DNA from: a virus
Lineage: Duplodnaviria > Caudoviricetes
Length of the DNA stretch: 56,108 nt
IMG/VR virus record: IMGVR_UViG_3300031565_000040
Span: 1-56,108 of that record
Direction: 5' to 3' (one strand)
Part shown: in pieces, positions 26,767 through 37,410 of the stretch
Numbering within the stretch: the first letter of the stretch is position 1
How the letters are laid out: each line of letters begins with the position of its first letter
The notes under the pieces: model-generated
Databases searched by the model: none
What the model was told of the DNA's origin: nothing
Seen by the model: only the letters and a program-made list of their open reading frames with translations
Translations under genes and position numbers: made by a program

Positions 26767-27228
26767 ATGGGTGCAGAGACTAATTTAGGCGTATTCAGTG
26801 AAAGTCAGGTCATTAACAGCACTGAAGCGTCCACAAAAGATATAGATTTGGCAATGACTCGCCATCAAATCGGCGTTGGCGTTCCAATCTATATTTGTGT
26901 TCGTGTTGCGATAGCTTTTACAGGCGCTACGAGTGTGGCTATCGCAATGGAAAACGACACCGATTCTGCTTACGGAAGCGCTGTCACGTTCCCCCTTCGG
27001 GCTGCTATCGAGTTGGCCGACGGACTTTCAACGCTTGGCCAATGGCTTTACAGGGGAACGCTGCCGTATGAATTAACAGAGACGTATTTACAGCTCAAAT
27101 ATACTTTGGTCGGTGCCGAAACTGTCGGCGCGGTCGATGCGTGGCTGAGTTTACTGCCGCCTTCGGATATTGGCGCTAACGCTCAGGTATGGGCTTCCAA
27201 TGTAGGCGATCCGGCGGCCCCGGCATAA
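26767..27228 (+). CDS. Capsid cement/decoration protein (Bbp16-like)
   Basis: FSESQ.I..T.AST..IDL, YLQLKYT, G.VDAWL; directly after the MCP. Confidence 0.75.
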   Translation: MGAETNLGVFSESQVINSTEASTKDIDLAMTRHQIGVGVPIYICVRVAIAFTGATSVAIAMENDTDSAYGSAVTFPLRAAIELADGLSTLGQWLYRGTLPYELTETYLQLKYTLVGAETVGAVDAWLSLLPPSDIGANAQVWASNVGDPAAPA

Positions 27229-27242
27229 GAAAGGAGATAAGC

Positions 27243-30200
27243 ATGAAAAAGTTAATACTAATAACGATTATGGCCGTTCTTGCCTTCTCTACTCTTGCCG
27301 GTGCGGCCTTGACGTACGGCCCTGAATACTACAGGAAGCGCATTTCAAATGCGGGTTCGGGCTATGCGGACAGCGACCCCGTTTATCTTTTTATGAATGA
27401 GGTCGATGAGAACTTAATAAGTTCGGGCGGGGCGGCGAGTGTCTTGTTCACGCCCGGCACAGCACCTACCGGCGCAGAGGGTCTGGTCTATTACGATGAT
27501 GCTTCGGACACCTTGATGCTCTATTCAGGCGCATCCGGGCCTTGGAAGACTATAGACCTTGCTGGTGCATCAAATCTGGATACGGCCTACAACAACGGAA
27601 ACACTATAACTGTCGATGGAGACGCCTTAACTTTTACGGCGGGTGCCGGTACGAATAACGGCGTACTTACGTTAGTCCAGTCGAATACGGGAGCTTATGA
27701 AGGTTTGAAGATTACCAATGCCGGAACTGACCCATCCATTGAGATTGACGGTTCGGGTACTGGTGACGACATTACAGGGACTGGTGATACCTGGACTATT
27801 TCAGAGGCAGGTGTCGGTAGTTTTGTCGGTTTAATCTCAGGTGCTTCCGATATTGTCATGGAGAACTCCGACATCTTCTCGAACGGCACCAATAATACCT
27901 TTACGTTCGCCGGTAACGAAGCAACTGTCGAAGATTTAAGTATCGGACTTGGTGTAAATACTAATATTGTTACGCTTTCGTCCAGTACCGGTGCTACAAC
28001 CATAGACTGGGGTGCGATGACGACCGCTTCCGGTATGACGACTATCACCGGCGACGCCGCTATCTTTACAATCGGCTCGACGGGCACTTCTGCCGGACAT
28101 GATGTGATTATTCAACAGGCGGGAGTTACGGATCAACAGTTGGTTCTCCAGTCATCGGGTAATGCGACAAATGCTCTGAGACTTCTCGCTTCTGCTGCCG
28201 GTATTGATATAGACGCTACGGGCAGTACACTGACTATCACCAATACAGCCGACGGTGCCGACGACGATATTACTATCGAGCAGGACGGAGATCAAAACGC
28301 TTCTATCATCTTAACTTCCGATGGTACGGGCGGCGATGCTATCAGTCTTATCTCATCGTCTGCCACGGGTGATATTAAAGTGGCTTCCGCCGACGAGATA
28401 GACATTGACGCTGCATCCACTATTGATATTGCCATAGCGGGTTTAGCTACTCAGGACTTTATAGTCACCAATACCGGCGGCTCTATTATTATGACCGCCA
28501 CTGAGGATATTGCGGATGGTATCTATCTTCATTCTACTACCGGTGGAATAGATATTGTTGCCGACGGCGCAGCAGCCAAAGACCTTGACCTGACCTGTAC
28601 GAACGGTTCGGTCATCGTTACGGCAGGCGAGGCTAATTCCGATGCAATTAAACTCAACGCGAGTGCCGGAGGCGTCAATATAGATGCCCTTGCCGCTTAC
28701 GATGTGGATATTGCAGGCGGTCAGGTCTTGATTTCTTCCTTAGACAATGCCGCAAGTGCAATTGCTCTGACAACGAATGTGAATACCTTGGAGACTATTG
28801 TCGTCACCAATACCAAAGGAACGGCAGCAGGCGCAATTACCCTTACCGCAACGGCGGGAGGTGTCGATATTGATGCTGCCGCTGCTAAGGAAATCAATAT
28901 TGCCGGCGGTAACGTGGCGATTGTCAATAAGACGGCTGGCGCAACGGCTATTACGGCGATAACCAACGTAGATACTACCGACCAGATAGTCGTTACCAAT
29001 ACCAAAGGCACTAATGAAGCGGCCATTGATATTACCGCAACGGCTGGCGGTATCGACATTGACGCCGCTGCCGGTAAAAACGTAGCAATTAACGGCGGTC
29101 AAATTCTCATCGAATCGGAAGATGATGGAGCAAGTTCCATTCAGTTAAAGACCAACACAGGCAATACCGAGACTATCGTAATTCTCAATAGTCAGGGCGC
29201 CGGTGACGACTCTATTAATATTGACTCTACCGCAGGCGGTTTGGACGTCGATGTTGCCAAAAGTTTGGCACTTACTTCAAGTGAAGGCGCTCTCGATTCG
29301 GTAGTTATCACATCGACCAACGGCGGTATTGACTTAATTACTACCGGAGCCGTTGCCACGGAAGACATTGACATTACAAGTAGTGCGAGTGTCAATATCA
29401 CTTCTGCGGAAAACATTGCTGCTGCGATTGTAATTGCAACAACAGGCGGCGGAGGAGCGGCCGAAACGATTGATATTACCAATAATCAGGGTATTACTTC
29501 TTCATTAACGACTGAGACGGATGCTGCGATTCAACTCGAAGCTACTGTCGGCGGTATTGGTTTGTATTCGGGTTTGAGCGGCGCCGATGCTATCCGCTTA
29601 GAGACCGCCGGTGCGGCCGCGCAAATGACTTTGCAGGCCATTGCCGGTGTAGGCGCTTCCGCTACCGGAGAAGAAGATGCCGCCATTCAACTTTATGCCC
29701 AGGCCGGTGGTATTGGTCTGGCTTCGGGTCTTGCTGCTGCTGATGCTATTCGCATCGAAGCCCAAGGTGCTAACGGTCAAATAACGATACAGAACAAGTT
29801 AGGTATAACCGCTTCTTCTGCAACGCAGTTCGACGCATCTATTCAGCTTTACAGCGAGGCAGGCGGTATTGGCTTGCATTCAAAACTGAACGGGGCGGAT
29901 GCTATCCGTATCGAGGAAGGCGGTGGTACTGGAGGTACTATCAATATCCACGCCAATACGGGTAACGCCGTTGCCGATGGAGCCGCTTCTATCAATCTTT
30001 TGAGCGATGTTGGCGGTATCGGTCTTAAAGCGACGGGACTGGCAAGTGCTAATGCAATCTGGATTCAGGCTGCCGCAGGCGGTGTTAATATTGACGCTCA
30101 GGCAGCTTACGATGTCGATATTGACGGGGGTCAGATTTTCCTTACCTCATCTCATAACGTACCGGATGCCATCAAGATTCATTCTGATTCAGGTGCGAAT

Positions 30201-32582
30201 GCGAACATAAACATTCTCAACGATGAATGTACGGGCACGGAAGCAATTACGATTACATCAACTCTTGGCGGTATTGACGTTGACGCCCATGAAGATATAA
30301 ATATTACTCTTCACGCCGAGAGCGCCGATGAGGATATTATCCTTTTGACAACCGGAACATCGGATAGTCATATCTCGATTACAGCAGACGGTTCTGACGA
30401 CAATGCCTTGGCGCTTATTGCAAGTGTGGCGGGTATCGACATAGACGCTGCCGGCGTACTGACGATGGATGCCGACGACGATATGACGATTACCGTAGCG
30501 GCAGAGTCCGATGAGGACTTGACTATCCAGTTGCAGAACAATGTCGATGCAAGCATTTTAATTAGCTCTGCGGGAAGCGGAACGGATTCGCTCAGTCTTA
30601 CAACGGTGACAAACGGCGGCGATATTGTTATCAGCTCCAACGACAAAATAGATATGGATTCGACGGGTACGTTTGCCCTGAATGCGGCCGGAGATACCTT
30701 GCTGATTCAGGTGGATTCCGACGGCGCAGACGATGATTTAACTATCAAAGTCGATGGCGATGATGATTCCTCTATCATTCTTGACAGCGACGGTTCCGGC
30801 GCCGATGCGATTAGTTTACAGGCTTCTCATGCAACGACAGGCGGTATTGACGTTGATTTCAAGTCGGGTAACTTTACTCTTACCGGCTCAGGAGCAAGCG
30901 CCGATGTAATCGTAGACTGCGACCTTTTCAGTATAGACGGTACAGGTTCGGCTAATATCACTGTTGCCGCAACTGAAGCCGGTGAAGACCTTACTATCAG
31001 TCAAACCGGTACGAATGCTTCGAGTGTTGAAATTGTATCATCGGGCCGATGTGCGGATGGGATTAAATTGCATTCCAATGGTGATGCAACTTCCGGTATT
31101 TACATACATTCTCAAACCGGAACCGCTGCATCGACAGCGACTGAATCTGATGCCGCTATTCAGCTTTATAGTCAAGTCGGTGGTATAGGTCTTCTGTCGG
31201 CTCTTAACGCCGATGATTCTATCAGGATTGAGACAAACGGCGGCGACGATGAGAATATCACGATACGCGCCAATCAGGGAACCGGAACCGACTCGATTTA
31301 TATATTGAGCGATGAAGGCGGTATCGAGATTGAGGCGACCGCAAGTACGGCGGCAGGCGCAGGGGCATCTGCCGTTCAATTGACCGCTTCGTTGGGTGCT
31401 ATTGAATTGACTTCGGGATTAGATGCTACCAATGCGATTAAGTTGACTGCCAATGGTAATACAAACTCTGATATTAACATCTGGAACGATACCGGTAGTA
31501 CATCAGATTCGATTAAAATATTAAGCGACCTTGGCGGTATTGCCGTTACAGCGAGTGACGATGCGATTGTGTTGACGGCAGACGGCGCTACTGTAGGCGA
31601 TATTACTATTGACGGCGAGAATAAGGTCACGATTGTTTCAGCCGACCTCGATGCCGAAGGTATTTACATCCACGAGAATTCGACAAGCGGTACGGCCGGC
31701 TCGATAAAGATTCATGCCGATAAAGGTATTGCTGAAGCTACCGGAGCATCTTCGGTAACGCTTCTTAGCGACGTTGGCGGTATCAATTTGAAAGCGGCGG
31801 CCTTAACGAGCGAGAGTTCGATTTGGATTGAGTCCATTGCCGGTGGTGTTAATATAGATGCCGCCGCCGGTAAAGACGTCGATATTGACGGCGGGCAGAT
31901 TCTTCTCGAAGCCAACCACGATATAGCCAGTGCAATTTCCTTAATTACCAATACCGGTACATCCGAGACCATTGTAATTACTAATACTTTAGGCAATGCG
32001 ACGGGTGCAATCACCTTAGAAGCGACTGCCGGAGGTATTTCACTTAGTGCTTTATCTGGAATGGACTTCGGAGAAGGTGCCGTTGTCAATGTTGGCGATA
32101 TTTCGGTTGATGATGTTATCGCCGATGCCAACGACAACGTAGTTCTCAGTGCGGTCAAGATGCTTGTGGTTTCGATTTCCGTCGATGACGATCCCGCTAC
32201 CGATTTCCAGTATGACAATACTCAGGAGAACAAAGTAGAACAAGGTATAAGGGTTGGCAGAATTCCAGCCAATTGCATGATTAACTCTGTATTTGTTTTA
32301 TGTACCGAGACTATTACGGCTGGAGGTCAATTTGCCACTGAGATTGGTACTGCTACTGGAGGCGATCAGATTTTAACTACTTCGGATTGTGATACCGCTG
32401 ATGACATTATGGGCACGGCAGCCGCAGAGATACCGGAAATAGCTGTTACCGGCTCCATTATAGATGTTTACGTTAGTGGCACTCCGACTACAAATGACTT
32501 TGATGAAATAACGGCAGGTAGTTGGGACGTTTGCATCGTCTACACGGATTACGCCGCTGCATTAGCGCAGACGGGTACTTAA
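27243..32582 (+). CDS. 1779-aa acidic beta-repeat protein with Sec signal peptide (head-fibre or adhesin-like)
   Basis: AAGGAG RBS; MKKLILITIMAVLAFSTLAGA; many AI.L.A..GGI.IDA repeats. Confidence 0.85.
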   Translation: MKKLILITIMAVLAFSTLAGAALTYGPEYYRKRISNAGSGYADSDPVYLFMNEVDENLISSGGAASVLFTPGTAPTGAEGLVYYDDASDTLMLYSGASGPWKTIDLAGASNLDTAYNNGNTITVDGDALTFTAGAGTNNGVLTLVQSNTGAYEGLKITNAGTDPSIEIDGSGTGDDITGTGDTWTISEAGVGSFVGLISGASDIVMENSDIFSNGTNNTFTFAGNEATVEDLSIGLGVNTNIVTLSSSTGATTIDWGAMTTASGMTTITGDAAIFTIGSTGTSAGHDVIIQQAGVTDQQLVLQSSGNATNALRLLASAAGIDIDATGSTLTITNTADGADDDITIEQDGDQNASIILTSDGTGGDAISLISSSATGDIKVASADEIDIDAASTIDIAIAGLATQDFIVTNTGGSIIMTATEDIADGIYLHSTTGGIDIVADGAAAKDLDLTCTNGSVIVTAGEANSDAIKLNASAGGVNIDALAAYDVDIAGGQVLISSLDNAASAIALTTNVNTLETIVVTNTKGTAAGAITLTATAGGVDIDAAAAKEINIAGGNVAIVNKTAGATAITAITNVDTTDQIVVTNTKGTNEAAIDITATAGGIDIDAAAGKNVAINGGQILIESEDDGASSIQLKTNTGNTETIVILNSQGAGDDSINIDSTAGGLDVDVAKSLALTSSEGALDSVVITSTNGGIDLITTGAVATEDIDITSSASVNITSAENIAAAIVIATTGGGGAAETIDITNNQGITSSLTTETDAAIQLEATVGGIGLYSGLSGADAIRLETAGAAAQMTLQAIAGVGASATGEEDAAIQLYAQAGGIGLASGLAAADAIRIEAQGANGQITIQNKLGITASSATQFDASIQLYSEAGGIGLHSKLNGADAIRIEEGGGTGGTINIHANTGNAVADGAASINLLSDVGGIGLKATGLASANAIWIQAAAGGVNIDAQAAYDVDIDGGQIFLTSSHNVPDAIKIHSDSGANANINILNDECTGTEAITITSTLGGIDVDAHEDINITLHAESADEDIILLTTGTSDSHISITADGSDDNALALIASVAGIDIDAAGVLTMDADDDMTITVAAESDEDLTIQLQNNVDASILISSAGSGTDSLSLTTVTNGGDIVISSNDKIDMDSTGTFALNAAGDTLLIQVDSDGADDDLTIKVDGDDDSSIILDSDGSGADAISLQASHATTGGIDVDFKSGNFTLTGSGASADVIVDCDLFSIDGTGSANITVAATEAGEDLTISQTGTNASSVEIVSSGRCADGIKLHSNGDATSGIYIHSQTGTAASTATESDAAIQLYSQVGGIGLLSALNADDSIRIETNGGDDENITIRANQGTGTDSIYILSDEGGIEIEATASTAAGAGASAVQLTASLGAIELTSGLDATNAIKLTANGNTNSDINIWNDTGSTSDSIKILSDLGGIAVTASDDAIVLTADGATVGDITIDGENKVTIVSADLDAEGIYIHENSTSGTAGSIKIHADKGIAEATGASSVTLLSDVGGINLKAAALTSESSIWIESIAGGVNIDAAAGKDVDIDGGQILLEANHDIASAISLITNTGTSETIVITNTLGNATGAITLEATAGGISLSALSGMDFGEGAVVNVGDISVDDVIADANDNVVLSAVKMLVVSISVDDDPATDFQYDNTQENKVEQGIRVGRIPANCMINSVFVLCTETITAGGQFATEIGTATGGDQILTTSDCDTADDIMGTAAAEIPEIAVTGSIIDVYVSGTPTTNDFDEITAGSWDVCIVYTDYAAALAQTGT

Positions 32583-32597
32583 TAGAAAGGAAAGACT

Positions 32598-32879
32598 ATG
32601 AAAGAATGGAAAACTATTGTGGTAGTGGTTCTTATCGCACTGCTCGTTGCAGCATTGGTCTTTATGGCCGCAGACAAGAACCAGACGAACGCAGCGCCTG
32701 AAGAAGTGGCGTTGTCTAATTTGAAAGAACGAATAGGGCAGTTGAAAGTCCTGAAAGAAGAACAGACTTTGACGCGGGACATTATGGTGATTCAGCAGCA
32801 AATAAGAGACCTTAGCGCCGTTGCTCCGATTCAATCTGTAATTCCGAAAGAGCGACTGCCGGAAGAATTACAGGAATGA
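32598..32879 (+). CDS. N-terminal TM/signal plus coiled-coil protein
   Basis: MKEWKTIVVVVLIALLVAALVFMA; heptad pattern. Confidence 0.75.
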   Translation: MKEWKTIVVVVLIALLVAALVFMAADKNQTNAAPEEVALSNLKERIGQLKVLKEEQTLTRDIMVIQQQIRDLSAVAPIQSVIPKERLPEELQE

Positions 32880-32902
32880 CTATGGATACATGGTTTTCCT
32901 TC

Positions 32903-32942
32903 GGGATGGGAGGGGGTCGAAAGACCCTCCCTATCCTTATTT
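32903..32942 (+). terminator. Intrinsic terminator-like hairpin
   Basis: GGATGGGAGGGGGTC-GAAA-GACCCTCCCTATCC followed by TTATTT. Confidence 0.65.
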
Positions 32943-32953
32943 AAGGAGTAAAG

Positions 32954-33313
32954 ATGCAGACTGTAAGAAAAGTCAGTTTAGACCAGCAGAGTTGGGATTC
33001 GGGCGCGAGCGAAAAGGCTACGACTTACAGGAAAGTCAATGGTAAGTGCGAGCAGATAGCGGTCAAAATCAGTGTGAACACGAACACCGTAGCTGGCAAA
33101 GTTTCTATATATGATTCCAACGGCGGTAAGCTCTACGAAAAGACGAGCATCCCGACCGGAACGACTACTATCTATTACGGCAATAGTTTAGGCTCGACTG
33201 ACTGTGACTTCAAATCCTTCCTCTGCGACGGCAAATTGACGGTAGAAATAACACCTGACGGCGATCCCGGCACTACGGGCGTGAAGATAGATGTTGACCT
33301 TTATGTGAGGTAA
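32954..33313 (+). CDS. Small beta-sandwich virion protein, no signal peptide
   Basis: TAAGGAG RBS; beta-strand pattern. Confidence 0.75.
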   Translation: MQTVRKVSLDQQSWDSGASEKATTYRKVNGKCEQIAVKISVNTNTVAGKVSIYDSNGGKLYEKTSIPTGTTTIYYGNSLGSTDCDFKSFLCDGKLTVEITPDGDPGTTGVKIDVDLYVR

Positions 33314-33316
33314 AAG

Positions 33317-33724
33317 ATGAGACGCTTTACGTGCTTTTTACTTTTATGCGCCTTGAGCGGAACGGCTTTAGGCGGGTCGATATGTCCGTTTACGACAATC
33401 TTCATGCGTACTTTGTTAGATGATGCAACGGCTTCGGCGGCGAGAACGACTTTGGGACTTGGTACGACTGATTCTCCGACGTTTGTGAAAGTCACGTTAT
33501 CCGGCAATGAAATCAACGTAGCTACGTCGCAGATACCGAGTTCGGCAACTGCGGCGGGAAATGCCGGTGATATTGCGTGGGGGTCGGATTATATCTATAT
33601 ATGCGTGGCCGGTAATACGTGGAAACGGTCGGCCTTGACTACATGGGGCGGTCTACCGGAAAACGTAATCTTTGCCGGAGAAAACGTCATTTTTGCCGGA
33701 GAACAAGTTATATATTATCCATAA
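33317..33724 (+). CDS. Fibre-like protein with signal peptide
   Basis: MRRFTCFLLLCALSGTALG; RTLLDD...AARTTLGLG and GDIAW..DYIYIC...NTWKR fibre motifs. Confidence 0.75.
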   Translation: MRRFTCFLLLCALSGTALGGSICPFTTIFMRTLLDDATASAARTTLGLGTTDSPTFVKVTLSGNEINVATSQIPSSATAAGNAGDIAWGSDYIYICVAGNTWKRSALTTWGGLPENVIFAGENVIFAGEQVIYYP

Positions 33725-33733
33725 GGAACGATT

Positions 33734-34708
33734 ATGAAAAAGCTATTGATTTTACTCATATTGTTAATGTTTTCAGCAACAGTCTTAGCAGACCTTACAG
33801 GAACGGAAGGTCTTGCGATTGACCTTTCAAGCGCAGGAGCCGGGACTGATATTACTATTGCCTTCGACCCTACCGAGCTTTTAGGAAACCGTACATGGGG
33901 TGACGCTTCTACCGATACGATAGTCTGGACGTGGAACAAGGCCACGGGGACAGACCCTACGATTACCTTTAACAGCGGTTCGATAGCCTTACCGGCCTTG
34001 ACATTAGTTACGCCATTGGCCCTGAATTACGGCGGGGCCGGGGCGGACATTTCAGGCTGGTCGGGGATTGTTGCTGTTTCCGGTGGGTCTGCCGTAGAAG
34101 TAGACACATTTGCGGAGATTGATACGCAAATTGCCGACAAAGCCCTTGTGAATAAAGCCGATGGTGCGGTGTGGCTCGGCATACATGATTACGGAGGGGC
34201 GGATTTGGAACTACCTCAAGCATCACCCGCCGTTCCCGGCGTGGATGGTGGCATTGAGATTGACTTCACAGACGGCACGGTAGTCATTCAGCACGGAGCG
34301 GCACATGCCGAATTAGCGGCTTCCACTGACGTTGTGATAGGTAAGCTCATAAAGTCATGGTCTGGTACAATCTTCGAGCCTGATAATGTGAACGATGTAC
34401 TGACCGTCAAGGCAATCAATTCTATCCAGTATCCTCACGGTGTTGTTATTACAGCCGTTTATCTCGGCGTCTCATCGGATACGGGATACGTATTAACAGT
34501 CCAGAATTTCGACGACTTTGATACGATAAACGCTGCGAACGGGACGATAGACACAGTGACTTATTCCGCCGATACGACGGGAGAAATCATAGATACGACA
34601 CCAACATACGCAACGATAGCGGCGGGGCAGATAATTATGATTAGCATTCCGGCTACAGATGTGGACTGGATACATTTTGAGATTTATTACTACGAACCGG
34701 CGGCATAA
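33734..34708 (+). CDS. Fibre-like protein with signal peptide
   Basis: MKKLLILLILLMFSATVLA; PLAL.YGG.GA fibre motif. Confidence 0.75.
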   Translation: MKKLLILLILLMFSATVLADLTGTEGLAIDLSSAGAGTDITIAFDPTELLGNRTWGDASTDTIVWTWNKATGTDPTITFNSGSIALPALTLVTPLALNYGGAGADISGWSGIVAVSGGSAVEVDTFAEIDTQIADKALVNKADGAVWLGIHDYGGADLELPQASPAVPGVDGGIEIDFTDGTVVIQHGAAHAELAASTDVVIGKLIKSWSGTIFEPDNVNDVLTVKAINSIQYPHGVVITAVYLGVSSDTGYVLTVQNFDDFDTINAANGTIDTVTYSADTTGEIIDTTPTYATIAAGQIIMISIPATDVDWIHFEIYYYEPAA

Positions 34709-34723
34709 ATGGGGGTTATTAAA

Positions 34724-35530
34724 ATGAAACGATTACTGATTCTTTATTTTGTATTTTGTATTCTGTGTTCTGTTTCTTTGGGCGATAACGACTTTGGGGA
34801 TGTTAACTGTGTCGCTCTTTGGAGACTTGAGAACGGAGCGCTTACGGTCGATTCAAAAGGCGGCAACACCCTTACAAATGACGCAGTTGTGGCAGATGCA
34901 GTAAATTATAAAGAAGGGGAAGCGTCTGGAGACTTTGAGTGGAGTTCGTCGGCCTTTATGACCATAGCTGACGCTGATCTTGATGCCGGATTTCCTCTCA
35001 AGGATGGCGATTCAACAAAAAAAATATCTGTATGTGCTTGGATTATGCCGGAAAGTTTACCTACCGAAGGTTGCTTTTTTGCAAAATGGGACCATGCTGG
35101 TTTGAAAAGGCAATTGCAAATACTACAACTTGGAAGCCCTAGCGATATAAGAGTTTATATAGGTTATAATGGCGGTGTATCCTATGAAGAAGTAGTTACA
35201 CTCAATACGAACATGGTCGTTAACCAGTGGTATCACATCGGTTTTACATTTCAAGATTCAGACAAATCATGGCGTCTTCGCGTTTGGGACGAGTCTGGCG
35301 AAAGTGTGATGGAGGATACTGGCAATACGATAAATAATATAAACATAGAAGATTCATTTTTTACGTTAGGTTGTGTATCGGATGGGATAAATCATTTTGA
35401 TGGCCGCATAGATGAGGTGGTGGTTTTTAATGATATTCTAACTTCTGATGAAATCGACCAGATAAGGGTAGGCACTTACGGAGTTGCTGCCGGTGGCGGT
35501 GGTCAGGTGATAATCATATATGAAGACTAA
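34724..35530 (+). CDS. LamG/concanavalin-like lectin-fold protein with signal peptide
   Basis: MKRLLILYFVFCILCSVSLG; SVCAWI.P, WYHIGFT, FDGRIDEVVVFN..LT.DEI. Confidence 0.85.
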   Translation: MKRLLILYFVFCILCSVSLGDNDFGDVNCVALWRLENGALTVDSKGGNTLTNDAVVADAVNYKEGEASGDFEWSSSAFMTIADADLDAGFPLKDGDSTKKISVCAWIMPESLPTEGCFFAKWDHAGLKRQLQILQLGSPSDIRVYIGYNGGVSYEEVVTLNTNMVVNQWYHIGFTFQDSDKSWRLRVWDESGESVMEDTGNTINNINIEDSFFTLGCVSDGINHFDGRIDEVVVFNDILTSDEIDQIRVGTYGVAAGGGGQVIIIYED

Positions 35531-36515
35531 AATTATAATGTGTTCTATATTCTTCGTTTTGTGTTCTGCTGTGCAGGGAGCTAATGAAATCTGCGCCGTC
35601 GCGCCGGGCATTACAAACGCTTATGGCGTCGTAAGAGAACCGGATGGCGATGTCTGGTACGTCACAGGGCAGGTTTTCGAGGTGTGGGGAACGGGTGCTC
35701 GAACGGCTGCGGATTACGACATTGCATTGGTGGACAAGTCGGGCGGTATGTTAGTTGGGGATATGGATACGAGTATTTCAGCCGGATACTATCACATAAT
35801 AACACATTATCGGGTGGGTGCTAATCCCGCCGATACCGACCCTGCCGTGTGGCAGGAATACGGATACTGGAGCGGAACGGTTTGGCAACCCTATACACTA
35901 AAGACTATCGAAGATAAAGTTGATGATTTACCAACCGCTGCCGGGACAGCCGATGCCGTATGGGACGAGGCTATGGCCGGACATACTGGCGAGGCCACTT
36001 TCGGCGGTGAATTACAAACACTCGACCCGAACCTTACTTTGGTATTGGCGGATACGGCCGAGCTTCAAACCGACTGGCACGATGGCGGGCGGCTCGACCT
36101 TCTAATAGACGCTATTAAGGCGGAGACCGACCTAATAACTATCCATTCGACTACGGTAGCCGAGGCCAACGATGCCAACGAATTCATTCTGACTGATGGT
36201 ATAGGTACAGATGTTAACGATTCCTGGAACTATTCGGTGATTATCATTCAGGACGCCGACGACGGCCACTGGGAATCGAGATTCATTTACGAATGGGACA
36301 GCGATAAGGAAGTTGAAGTCGATGAGACTCTTGGCTTCATTCCGGCGGCGGGTGACGTTGTTCATATCATGGGGACTGGATACGGGGGATTTTTGTACCG
36401 GATACTTTCGACCATTCAGCAGGCAAGAGGCGTTCTGAATGTTATTGATACTACGGGAACTTCAAGAGCGGTTGGGGGCGTAACTCGAATAGACGCTATG
36501 GGTGACGACCCGTGA
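35520..36515 (+). CDS. Acidic virion-associated protein with signal peptide
   Basis: MKTKIIMCSIFFVLCSAVQG; ADAVWDE and ADTAELQTDW..GGRLD motifs. Confidence 0.75.
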   Translation: MKTKIIMCSIFFVLCSAVQGANEICAVAPGITNAYGVVREPDGDVWYVTGQVFEVWGTGARTAADYDIALVDKSGGMLVGDMDTSISAGYYHIITHYRVGANPADTDPAVWQEYGYWSGTVWQPYTLKTIEDKVDDLPTAAGTADAVWDEAMAGHTGEATFGGELQTLDPNLTLVLADTAELQTDWHDGGRLDLLIDAIKAETDLITIHSTTVAEANDANEFILTDGIGTDVNDSWNYSVIIIQDADDGHWESRFIYEWDSDKEVEVDETLGFIPAAGDVVHIMGTGYGGFLYRILSTIQQARGVLNVIDTTGTSRAVGGVTRIDAMGDDP

Positions 36516-36534
36516 CACAATTCCTGGGGGGATT

Positions 36535-37410
36535 ATGGCGGATAATGAAGAAAAACGGGCCTTATGCAACAGGGCGATAACAATTCTAACTGCCGGTATG
36601 ACCGCTCAGGCGGGGATTCTCCATACAGAGATAACCGATGAGCAGTTCGCCGACTATACTTCGGTAACGACCGACCAACAGATAAAGCTTTTATGCTTTT
36701 TGTACGAGCCGGTCTTATTGAAGGTCATTCTCGATATTCAGCCGGACTTCGCTAAACAGTTCGCAGACTTGGGGAATGAGATTTGTATCAATAAAGAGGT
36801 AGGCGACTGGGGACTTCTATTCGAGTTGCCGAGTAACTTTATAGAAGATGAAAATGCGTTAATTGCCCAAATCAGTCAGGCCAATAGGAAAACTAAATAT
36901 GACTGCAAGATTCTGACTTTCGACGGTTACGCCCATGTCGTTAAGGGTACGGACGAACAGTCGTGGTATTGTAAGACCGACCATACGGCGGCGGCGGCCA
37001 ATAAACCGATTACCGGTGCAGATTACGCAACCTATTGGACTCTCTATAATACCGACGACTCTTACGGTGCTGATTGGGTATCTGGATGGTCTTACAAAGC
37101 CTCTCAGGACGGCAAATTATTAGCGGCCAATTCCTATTCCAATCTTGATGGTGACAGTGCGTATATAGAGTATCTCGCCTACATTCAGGCCGGTATTTCC
37201 GACAAGCCCGCGTATTATCCCAATGCCTTTAAGAACGCCTTCTGTACGAGACTTGCAGCTGAGATGGCGGAGGATGGTCACGATTACGAGCGCAGAAGAA
37301 AACTTATGGAGGAATACGAGTTAATTGCCAAGCCGCGGGTGTGGCAGGTTCAGAACAGGAACGATTTCGAGGAAACAAGACCGACATTTTTAGAGTCAAG
37401 GACGATATGA
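36535..37410 (+). CDS. Tail tubular protein A / adaptor (T7 gp11-like), no signal peptide
   Basis: ALCNRAI..L, FELPSNF, F..AF..RLAAEMA; directly before the nozzle gene. Confidence 0.75.
   Translation: MADNEEKRALCNRAITILTAGMTAQAGILHTEITDEQFADYTSVTTDQQIKLLCFLYEPVLLKVILDIQPDFAKQFADLGNEICINKEVGDWGLLFELPSNFIEDENALIAQISQANRKTKYDCKILTFDGYAHVVKGTDEQSWYCKTDHTAAAANKPITGADYATYWTLYNTDDSYGADWVSGWSYKASQDGKLLAANSYSNLDGDSAYIEYLAYIQAGISDKPAYYPNAFKNAFCTRLAAEMAEDGHDYERRRKLMEEYELIAKPRVWQVQNRNDFEETRPTFLESRTI

Noticed and set aside
27189-27242. ORF-track N-terminal extensions (also 37341, 43198, 44739, 53095, 2205)
   Set aside because: They overlap upstream genes or lack an RBS; downstream ATGs are better supported by RBS or gene spacing
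27695-32218. Minus-strand ORFs within the giant repeat gene
   Set aside because: Antisense shadows of a codon-biased gene, with no RBS or motifs
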